Source: Lytechinus pictus (Eukaryota). From it: a DNA stretch of 64,000 nt. The translations under genes and the position numbers were made by a program. Location of the stretch: the NCBI RefSeq assembly GCF_037042905.1, contig NC_087255.1, positions 31,310,001-31,374,000 of the forward strand, written 5' to 3'. Below the pieces are notes generated by a model. The model did no database searches. It was given only the letters and a program-made list of their open reading frames with translations, and was not told the DNA's origin. Positions 27,301 through 38,500 of the stretch are shown here, in pieces. Positions within the stretch are counted from its first letter, which is position 1. Every line of letters begins with the position of its first letter.

Positions 27301-30300
27301 TTAGATTGACAAGTAATATTTGGTTTTCAAACCTCCCCTTATTTGAGCACACATAGCTTTACACAGTAAACACCTATTGCAAGGAATGCTTATTAAAAAA
27401 ATAAAAAAATACGGGTGGAAGATATAAGAAAACACACAAAAGCTAACTAAAAATGGTAGTCGTTCAATTCTTTATCATTTACGGAGTGATATATTCAGTT
27501 CAAAACAATAGTAGGACTTCATACAAATACATATTTATATTGAGTGCCACTGTAGTAGGATTTCTTAACTCGAGAATTACATCCACTTAATTCATCATGA
27601 AAAGTTGACACATTAAAAATAACAAAATCATCATCCAACCAATAATACTGTTAATGGTTTTTCAAGACTTCACAGAGAATAAACATTTTTCATAACAGCT
27701 CCATAAAGATTTTCATAAAAGATCTCAACAAAATCCTGATTAAGACTAATCAGAATTATCAAATGATAAAAATATGATCATCATATTACAACATGTGTGT
27801 GATGGTGACAATATACAAAGCAATTATGTGCAACATAAATAATCAAACGACAACTAAAATAAGGATATAAAGGAACTACTGTTTGCACTGTTTCTAAGAT
27901 AGAGTTCATGGCATACACACAATCTTGAAAAATGACCATAAAACTAGTCACTGTACATATATTTACATAATAAAGAACTAGATATAGACACATGCAATAC
28001 ATTTGATTTTGATCCTATCTTACACAAAGCAATATCAGGTAGTTTTGATGATGGTCTTTGTTGGCCTTTAGGGGTAGCCCCCCCCCCCCCTGAATATATT
28101 TTTGCTTGAATAAATGCAAGAGATAAGAGAAAGAGAATGACATTCAAATATTTTTTGGGCCGGATATCAAGAAAATTGAGATGACACCGAGTCATAGTCA
28201 GTATATTCAGTGTTATATAGCTTGAACATGATCTTATTACCCTCTAAAAAGAAGAGGCTCTACTTAAAGTAGTTGATACTGATAGACTTGGATTTCCCTT
28301 TGATATATGCACTTTGTCATCATTAATCAATCATTAGATTCACTTGAGTTCATTGGAGTTCTGATGAGGTAATGTATTTCATATTGTCCGTATGCCTATA
28401 AACCCATAACCACTTTGAGAGAATAACAATGCCTTAAACCCCAACTGCACTAAGTCTGTGACATACCGGGTAATAGATCTCACATCAACGTTTGATGATT
28501 TTTTGCCTTCAAGTTTCACACATCTTTCAAGCCTAATTTTGTGACATTTTGGGACATAGTTACAAGGTTACACATAATTTTGCACATGCGTGCGACCATT
28601 AACTGCTCAAAATATGATTTTGTGTACAGATCCAAACATATCATCGATGTCTCAACACTAAGCGACGTCGATCCCAGCATCAGCCTCATTTTAAGTTCAG
28701 TGCTATGGCTGATGGAAAAATCACTAACACCAGTTATCAACATTGGACTTGGCATCACCTAATGTGCTAGTTTGATAAGTCATGATTACATAGTAAGACA
28801 CTTATCAAGGGCCTGATATCACAGAGCTTTGCGATTGATCACGCGATTGATAATACAATAGATTATATCATGTGCAATGAGGTCTACAAGTAAACTTTAC
28901 GATCGAATGTTAAGTTTTGTGTTAATGGCTCAAGATAGTTCTCCTTTCATCTTTTATGAGAGACAAGTATAAGAAATTAATGTAATACTGACACATGTGA
29001 AGGGTGAATAGGAGGAGGTAAATATACGTCTAGTTTGCATGTGGAAGAAATTAAGCATTACAAAGTTGTATCAACTACAAGCTATCATTCTTTGCTGTAT
29101 TTTAACACTCTTATCACTCAGAACAAGAGAGTGCTTTCACAAAAACTTTTTTTGTCTCTCGTCCTGGACAAGTGCTAGTGAGTCAGAGATTGCTGGTGAA
29201 TTGTGTATAGTCATGTGAGCACCATATACAACAGCAGCATCTTTTAATGTCACACTTTTTTTGAAATTATATGGAGGATAGTATTTCATTAAATGTCAGT
29301 AAATTTGCTTTGAACCAATCAGATGCAAGGATTTTGGTAGCTTATAAAAATAATCAGTGAAAGTCACTCATCATTTATTTTGTAAAATGCTCCGTAAGAA
29401 ATATTACTTTACCATCAGTATTGTTGTTGTAAAGAAAACAAAATTTTGAATTTTGACCATCATAAAAAAAAATTCCCCTTGATTTGCAATTGATTTCAGA
29501 TAAAATATTAAGTGAAGGAAATGGATGAATGTGCCTGTGTGTTGTTTAATATAATTAAATAGTCCCACCCATAAATTCTTCTGATATAAATGCACGTTCA
29601 AACGCCAGATTCCAACTCCAAGCCGAAGCAAAGATCATCATGACAAAACTACTGAATGAAGCATATTATAATAGACACACACACATCAAATGTGATCCAT
29701 TCTCTTTTTGCCATACAAGATATAGAGAAAACAGATCATAAAAAATAGAGCCCATTACATGAGCTGGAAAGTGAAAACATCTCTGTCTTTACTACAAATA
29801 TTTACACACAAAATAATAATAATAATGATAACAGAGGAGAGATGGCCCTTGATTTATTCCACTCTCCGCAAACACCCATTCACATTTGGCAACAGATATA
29901 AGTATATGAGCTGTAGGGTTTTCAAGACATGTCTTGTTCATTTGGCCCTTGCATGGTGGCAACGTGATAATAGACCCACAAGAATCATGTTACGGGAGGG
30001 AACAATACTCTGCAAGATAGATCATTGGAAAGATTTAAGGATAACTTGACTGAAATCTTACTGTCTTCCTATTTCCAGAGTTGACTACGTCTGGCTCAAT
30101 CTTGGATTGAATCCAAACGCTCTTCGTCTCTGGACATGGACAGCACAAGCTAGCATTATTTGATTCACTGTAACACAAACAGGCTCAGCAAAGTAAATCA
30201 ATTGCTCTAAGTTATTAGTGTTAAAGTGAGTAAAGCAATGTGAGTTTGTACCATCCCTATGAACTAGTGCAACAAGAGAATTATGACTATAGAATTATCA

Positions 30301-30834
30301 CAGTACAGACAAACACATACATGTGTAATTACCTTCTTGAGGTTAAAAAATGCTCATAAAAAATGTGATCATGAATTTCTTGAATTGCTTGCTCGTATCC
30401 ACAATCCCATGCATGGCACCTTCAACTATTCACTTTCAAAATCTCTTATTTTAATGCTGATAATTGCTGTCCTTTACCTGGCAGTCGTATATGCTTCCTA
30501 AGACATCGCTGATGTCATCTAGCAATTGCAGATCATAACCATTCTGCTGTTTTGAATCACACCATAATGACTCAACGGCAAACTGTCCCATCTTCCAAAA
30601 CTAAAATATCACATCAAAAATAAAAATATCAAGAAAAGATTTTTTTTGAAGAGAGGTAGATAACACCAAACCAACAGCAATTAATTCTTCTTTCATTCCC
30701 TGACCATCGTGATGAGCATCCAGAGGCATGAATCCTTGGTATCGATCCCAGTTATACACAGAGGTGAACACAGTCAAAATTGAATATCATCACTAATTCA
30801 TGATCATACTATACACAGTCAAACATGCAGTCAA

Positions 30835-32523
30835 CTAACATACAGCAAAATTACTTGAATGGTTAGCAGGCAATGCAGCTATATTTCGGTCTACCCCGAT
30901 TCCTATGCAGGGATCGTCCGGCCGAAATTCCTTGCCGGGCGGCAGTGGATGATTGTTGTTTAGCGGAGGTGAAGGTGGCGGCGACGGCGTGCTGGGCGGA
31001 TGTTGGGACCCTTGTGGCATTTGCGCCATTTGTTCAGGCGTGATGTACGGATCGGCTGCATTGTGGTTGGTGGTCTTTGGACCATCAGTCTTTTGTAGAG
31101 GCAGCACGTCTTGATGAGCAATATACCCGTTTGCTCTGACTTTTGGGAGTCCATTGGGTATGTGCTTGTTAGGGCTCGATATGCTCTCAGGCAAATCATT
31201 CTTATGATCACTTTTTGGATCTGCTAAACTTGGTTGCTTTTGAGGGAGAGATTGTAACTCTGCTTCTGTGATGTAGCCTGAGGGGTTCTTCACGGGGGTG
31301 TTCTGTAAATCTGCAGGAGTGACTGCTTCCTTTGATACATACCCAGAATCTACTGGTACATGAGGGTCTGGCTTTGTGAAAGACGCATCCACTTTCTGAG
31401 GCCGATGATGTGGGACAGAGCTAGAAGGCGATTCTGCTAATCCAAGTGTGCTATAAGCTTCTCCATCTGTCAACGAGGAGTCACTCCCGCTCTGAGATTT
31501 GGAGTCTGCAAGGTTCTTGTGATCGCATTTCAGGTCTTTCTTGGGCATATCTGGGCTCACATGCTTGACAGGCGGGGGTGGTTTTGTGACTGGAGGGGAA
31601 GTGACATATCCTGATAGATCTGTCTTGGAGACCGGGTTAGGGTGGTTTCCAGGAGAGAGAGCAGTGGCGACAATGAACTCTTGTGGAGGTTGGATGCGAC
31701 CGCCCATGGAAACACTTGGCAAACTCATAGCCAATCCTTTGCTCTCTTGGTTGTTGGTTTCATTCCTCGGTTCAGTCTGCCTGGGTGTCCTCTCTCCTCT
31801 TGATTCTGTCGGGGATTGATTGGAGGAATCAGATGCCAACTGGGAGTAGTCGTTGTCTGTCTCGGAGCCTTGGGACAGACGTGCATATGCCAAGGGATCT
31901 TCAGATGGCAACGTTTCTACGCTAGTGATTGGAGTCAGGCCACTCATACCCAGTCGGTGGTAGCTAACCGTTGATTGGCTTCCAAAGGAAGCCTCACTCC
32001 TCTGGTCAGCGAGACCTCGGATTGGAGCTGGTGGTGTTGCACTAGCCTGTAGAGGGACCTGAGACAGCTGGGAATATCCCTCACTGCCATCGCTCATATA
32101 CTGAGCCGCTGCTTCCTTGGATAACATCGGGGTTGAGCAATCTGCACCGTCAACCTCAGCGATGCGGGAGTAGGTCACTGAACCATCGCAGTCAGCTCCA
32201 AACACGGTGTCTTCCTCCTCGTAGTCATCGCTCATGATGCGCATCACGTGCTTTGCAGGTGCTGAGGCCTTATCCTCGTCACTCTCGCTGTTACTACGGC
32301 TTCCAGTATTCTCTTGGACATATCGCAATTCATCAGTGAAGCCGTCCATATCATGGATTCCCTGGTCTGTGCTGCTATTTGTACTAGTACTCTCCTTAGA
32401 AGATGATCTCTCATACGGAAGCTGTAGGAGATTGGTAGTTGAACTGGCCTGACGAAGCGTGTCAAACTTCTCCCCCTCCGTACGCACGCTTAGAAGACGG
32501 CCCTGCAGCTGGAACTTTTCATC
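30835..32523 (-). CDS. Receptor exon 18: 562-aa S/P-rich cytoplasmic tail with many Tyr motifs, ending in TAG
   Basis: Long open frame (ORF 30835..32589), acceptor ttttgcAG at 32524-32525, phase 0. Confidence 0.9.
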   Translation of the reverse strand, partial: DEKFQLQGRLLSVRTEGEKFDTLRQASSTTNLLQLPYERSSSKESTSTNSSTDQGIHDMDGFTDELRYVQENTGSRSNSESDEDKASAPAKHVMRIMSDDYEEEDTVFGADCDGSVTYSRIAEVDGADCSTPMLSKEAAAQYMSDGSEGYSQLSQVPLQASATPPAPIRGLADQRSEASFGSQSTVSYHRLGMSGLTPITSVETLPSEDPLAYARLSQGSETDNDYSQLASDSSNQSPTESRGERTPRQTEPRNETNNQESKGLAMSLPSVSMGGRIQPPQEFIVATALSPGNHPNPVSKTDLSGYVTSPPVTKPPPPVKHVSPDMPKKDLKCDHKNLADSKSQSGSDSSLTDGEAYSTLGLAESPSSSVPHHRPQKVDASFTKPDPHVPVDSGYVSKEAVTPADLQNTPVKNPSGYITEAELQSLPQKQPSLADPKSDHKNDLPESISSPNKHIPNGLPKVRANGYIAHQDVLPLQKTDGPKTTNHNAADPYITPEQMAQMPQGSQHPPSTPSPPPSPPLNNNHPLPPGKEFRPDDPCIGIGVDRNIAALPANHSSNFAVC

Positions 32524-35500
32524 CTGCAAAAGCACAGATAGATTACAAAGTGAGATTATAAAGTGCTGATTTCTTTTATCACCTAACATTTATTCATGTA
32601 ACAGCAGGTATAAATCTCCTCAGAAGTATTTCTGATTGAAAGGGATGACCTCAATACAATGCTTTCAGAGAAAATACAAATGCTTCAATGCTCTCAGGGA
32701 CCTTCTAAACAAATCAGTTTTACATACACATAGAAATTATCTCTCTCTTTGGTACATATATTTTCTGACCTGTTACATTCACAAGATGGTTTCTGCAATC
32801 CCACACCCTACAATGTATGTGTTACATGGTAAATTCAACCATCTTGGGCAGAATTCCTTTTAAAAGTCAGAAAAATCACAATTGGATAATGGATGAACTC
32901 ATTTTTAAGAGAATCTTCAGGGCAAAAATCAATTGAGGCAAAGAGGAACTGGTTTAGATTTGAGCAGAGGAGCTATTGGTGGGGAAAGAGGAAATAGTCT
33001 ATAGTGTAATCCCCTCCCACTTGCATACATGTAGCATGACATCACGTTTCTATGCTCGTGCATACAAGTCACTAGAAAGATGGAAAAACTTTAAATATTC
33101 TTGAGACTTGAAATGCTCCTGATATTCTTGAAACTTTCCTATGTCTGTATTTCATTCCTCCCCTTGAATAACATGAATAGCATATAATCATAAGGTTTAT
33201 CAACAATTCATCCAGGATGATTTGACTTACATTGTGATCAAGAACTGCTTCAATGAAGTATGGATCCGGTGCTGGCTTGAAGAGATCTGACTGCTTCACC
33301 CAAATCAAGAAACAGAAGGCGATGATGACAACGAAACTTGGAAGGAGGATTGCAAGCACAATGGTGACCACAGGCACTGTTGTGAAAGGGACAAAACAAA
33401 CACAAAATGTGGCAAATGATGTAGTAGAAATTTGTAAGCGATGTAATTGGAACTGGCACCTGATGCAACTGAAGTTTGCAACATATGTAACTAGAATTTG
33501 TAATTGACACAACTAAAATTGGCAATTAATTGCATCTGAAATTTGCAAACGATGCAACTGAAATTTGCAACCAATTCAAATAATTTGCCATCGGTGTAAC
33601 TAAAATTGGCAATCAAAATTTGCAACTGATGCAACTGAAATTTGCAATGGATTCAAATAATTTTTTTTTAATTGATGCAACTAAAATCAGCAAACGATTG
33701 CAAATAAGTTTCACACTACACCCATATAGACAGCAGAAGAACAATAATACAAACACAGAACAGACTTCCCATCAAAACCATGCAAGGAAAATCTTTTTTA
33801 GGTAATAAGAAAAAATCCCCACCTTTATGTAAATTGCAGACTTCGAAAAGATGAGCAATGGACATGGTTCCGGCCAGGGGGATGCTATCGACCTCGTTCA
33901 CCGCAAAGACCTCAAAGTTGAAGAAGGTGGCCCCATCCACCAGATCACAGTCAATCTGAATGGTGGCAGAGGGTGTCAGGAGTGGTTCTGTTTCCATCCA
34001 TTCAACATCACTGTCTGCGGGTCTGTAGCGCACCATGTAGTAGTCTATAGGTCCGTTAGGTACCACTGGTCTACCCCAGTTAACTATCACAGTGTCTTGC
34101 GTCTCAAGGTGAACATCAACATTGGTAACCATTAACGGAGCTGTGGAATATTAAAAAAATGCTTTGAAGATCAGAATTCAGTTCTATAAAACCATGACAT
34201 TTAGGTCGTGGGTTTTCTCAACTTCCATGCATTAGATAGCACAGATAATTTTGAATACTTTGTTTAATATTATTGTCATTACTTTAGAAAATTTATGAAA
34301 TACTTCTTGCAAACTTCTTAAAATTGCTGTTCTGTCCAGACAAGCCATTGATCCGGACTGTACAAATGGGTATATCAGAAACCCTGAGCAAATGAAATTG
34401 TGACGTATACCTGTAATCCAAGCTACATAGGGGAAGTAACGAACTGATGGAGAGATTAAAGATTTTGAATGATGATGCTAAAAGGTCGGCTGCAGACGTA
34501 AATAATCCTATCTGATTGGTACAAGTCTGTGCTATCTAGATATCAAACGATAAACTTCAAATCCTTACTTACCACCGATATCTGTCATGACGCGTGTCGT
34601 AGCAGGCAGACTGCAAGCTAGGGATGGATCAGCATTGCTGCAAGCTTGAACATCAATGGTGTAATTCACGTATCCATTCACTGCCAAGGTTGCTGACTTA
34701 ACATCCAAAGACTGTACCTCATCATTGTACTTGATGATGTAGTTCTTGAAGACTCCATTCATCTGCTCTGGTGCTTCCCATACCAGTTGGATCACACTGT
34801 CATTGGAGAAGGTCAGGAGAAGGTCGCGAGGAGGGCTGGGCACTGCAAGTGAAGAGAGATAGGTGGAGATATTAGCTAGTATTATATAACATCAATTAAA
34901 AAAATGAATTAAAAATAATAATAGGTCTTCGTCTGCAAAGTGAAGAGAAACAATAAATAGACATACTTATATACATGTATATACACAATAAAAATGGGTA
35001 AACAAAATACAAAACATTAACAAAATATATAAAAGTGGAGGGACAAAAAAAAGATTCAAAGGTGTAAATAAGTTAAGAACCACATTACAAAACATCCCCA
35101 AGAGACCCAAATTTATCAAATTCACAACTGCTTTTTTTTTCCAAATGAAGTGAAGAATTAAGAGGAAACCCACTTCCTTGGCTGGTCTTGGCTTTCTTTA
35201 GACTTGAAGGAGGCCCTCTGGCAGCAGACGTGGAGGCAGCGATCCTTACTACGTACTCAGTGAATGGCTTCAATCCTGATATAGTTTCTGACAACGGCAA
35301 AGGGCTACCAGTCACATTGAGTTCCTGCTGCGTTCCATCTGAAGGAGGAATAGGTAAAGAATACAAAATACTTAGGACCATGTTTAGAAAATACTGCATA
35401 TGATTACCGGTATAATTTCTTCACAGTGGTGGTGATTTTTTTGGATTTCCAAAACTAAACACAGCAAAATGTTTACTTCTTTGTATACAAAAAATATGAT

Positions 35501-38500
35501 AAAAATATGATTTTCTTTTTTTAGTTTGTTGTTTTGAAGCAAAAAATATGCAATATATAGTGTATAGAATAAAGGATACCTCCTCTTTAATACTTAATTA
35601 CTTCAATCAGAACTTATATCATGACACCCTGCCTCCCTGCCTTTGTCTTACACACAGTAATTAAAAGTAAACACTAATAAAATGCTGGAGAAAAATATCA
35701 AAAGGACAATGGGATGAGGAAACATTGCAATCATAAAGAACTAAGCAAACTTGCTTATGGCTTTTGATTTTTTTTTACCACCCACTAGTTAAGAAAAAAA
35801 AAAACACATCGTGATTATGTCAAAAGTGTTTCAAATATAGACAGTATAACACACTCATGACTTACCAGCGCAATGGGAGCCTGTTGCCAAGGAAACGGTA
35901 ATGGGGGAATCCTGTTCTTGTGCTGGATCTAGAGGGCAGTAGATAATGGTGTAGAATTGAATCTCTCCATTCCGTTGGTTGACTGGCACCTCCTCCCAGC
36001 TCAAAAGAAGTTGATCAGGGTTTGTTGGTACTGGGCTCACTCGCAAGGCCTGTGGTGACCCTGATGGACCTGGGGGAAAAAGAACAGAATCATATAATCA
36101 ATAACTACAACTGCAACTAATACTTCAACTACAACTGCAAGTGCAATTACAACTAAACTACAGCTACAACTTCAACTGCAGCTACAACTACAACTTCATA
36201 GACAACTGCAGCAACAACTACAATTATAACTAAAACAACAACAATAATAATACTAAATATATTGTGATTGATATTCATTTTTCTAAGTACTGGCGACAAT
36301 ATAATCCCAGCTTTTGTATGGCAATAATGATAAAGAGCTCATGCATGCAAAGACATTACTTTCTCAAGAATACCAATTTTATTCACCTGTGTGAGGTGTG
36401 GCAAAATCAGAAATAAAAGCATGGATGTCTGAGATAGTAAAGTTAGTGAGGAAAAGAAAATAATATAAAGGGAGAAAGATAAAATAACAGAGGGAGAGAG
36501 ACATTGCAAGAGGGAGAAACACATCCAAAATAAGACGAGGGCAGGAGAAAGGATAGAGAAAGAGAGAGAGAGAGAGAAGCAGACAGAGGAATAGACTAAC
36601 ATTGCAAACTTACCAGACTGTGATGTCATGACAAATAGAGCAGCTCCTGAACTAGGACCTCGTTTGTTGACAGTCTTCAACGATACCCGATATGATGTAT
36701 ATGCCTCTAGATTGGTTATCTCATGACTGGATTCTGTTGGCGGAACATCGGCACTCATCCTGAAAAAAGGAATGAGGTGTCTTAGTCAAAATTATGATCA
36801 ATTCCTTTCAAAGCATATCCAAAACACTTTTTTTGAAACTTTACAATTAAGGTGATTCACACTTAAAATAAGCTTTATCTTTATAAATTATGATGGCATG
36901 GAGCACTTTGAGTATGAACATGAATAGTTCCTTAATTGAACATATTTATATATATTGTTTTTAGGGCACTGTGTACCGGAACAAGGCTGTTCTGCGGCCC
37001 GAACCATGTTTGGAGTGAAAGGACCTATACCCAATAAGAATCCATTAGGATGGTGTTAAAAATACACCAAGTTGCTTACATTCCACTGTGGTCACTGGTT
37101 TTAAACCACTCCAGTTCGTATCGAAGAACATGTCCTGTGATCCTGCTTGGTGGTTCCCATGAAACCTGGAGCGAACTGGCCGTCTTCGTCACCACCCTCA
37201 GATCTTCTGGTTTGTCAGGAACTGTATTGGTTAAAAAAAAGAAGCGAATGTTGATAAACACTGCCTCTGCTCATTTCCTTTCATATTTGCATGCGTAGGA
37301 AGGTTGTGGAACGGTCTTCCAACAATCATTTGCTCTTGTGACCAGCTTTACAACTCCGATGATAAATCTTCAAGATTGCTTGTAACTAGAAATTATATTC
37401 ATCTTTCTCAGTTGGGACCATAAACAGCATTTATGGTGGGTTTTATTTTTCAGTTTCATTGGCAGCCCTTCATTAGGCAAATAAATACTAGTGCGATACA
37501 ATATCCATGATTTCATTTGATTGGATTAATTAATTAGACTGAAAGCCATACTCTATCCTACTTTGGATTGGATTCATTTATACTGAAATCCATACCTAAT
37601 CTATGGCCCATTAGAATATAAATGTCCATGTATAAAGCATCTAAGAAGAACAGAATTCAGTATACAAAAGGAGTAATACTTAAACCTCAGTTAGCAGACT
37701 GTGCACACATAGTACAGATCATGAACAAAAAATGATGTATCTCATACATTACGTGAAATTACACTAAGAACCGGGTAAATGCTTTTCTACCGTTATGCTC
37801 AGTATTCTATCCAAAGTAAGAAAAAAAAATCCCAGTGTATTATTCACTTCATGTTGAATAAGTCTGTTTCACAAAGCATGTTTTCAATGACTATTTCAGA
37901 AAGTCTTGAACAAATATGGGATTGGCCAATCAAATAGCATAATTTCAGGAGCTTATCACAGTTGTTTGCACCTTGCCATTAATAATTATCTTTGTGAAAC
38001 AGGTTCCATAGTGGGAGAGGACCCTGTCAGTGCCACTCACCTGTGGTTTCATCTTGAAGGGTTGTCTGACCTTTGTTGACCCCGGGGCCGACATCGTTGT
38101 AAGGCGTCACATACACAGTTAACCTCTTAAATCTATCAAGATCTGTTGAAAGATAACAAAATAATAATAAGGAAATTAATACACAGATGAGGCCAAAGAT
38201 GTACTAAATGAAGAGACTGGCAGAGTATGTATTATTGAATTGCACAACTCAATATTTATGATATTCTTCTTGTGGAAGTTGTGGGAGAGATGAGGAAAGA
38301 TTTGAGTTTTGAAATTCTTCTCATATTTAGTTGGAATGTACGAAAAATAGTCTACAACAATATATTGTACTTAAAATGTCTTCATATTCATATTACAATT
38401 ATAAACAGCTGAATGGTCCAGCTGAAAATTTGTGTGTGTGGTCCCATACATTCATTTCTGTGTGTAGTGTTGGTGACTCTCAGCAGAAATGCAACAAGTT

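Noticed and set aside
33428-33712. Regularly spaced repeats that might suggest a CRISPR array
   Set aside because: Degenerate contiguous units without unique spacers, inside a eukaryotic intron, with no cas genes.
36339-36613. Hydrophobic extension of the exon-12 ORF resembling a TM segment
   Set aside because: It lies beyond a perfect GTAAGT donor and is encoded by CT-rich low-complexity intron sequence.
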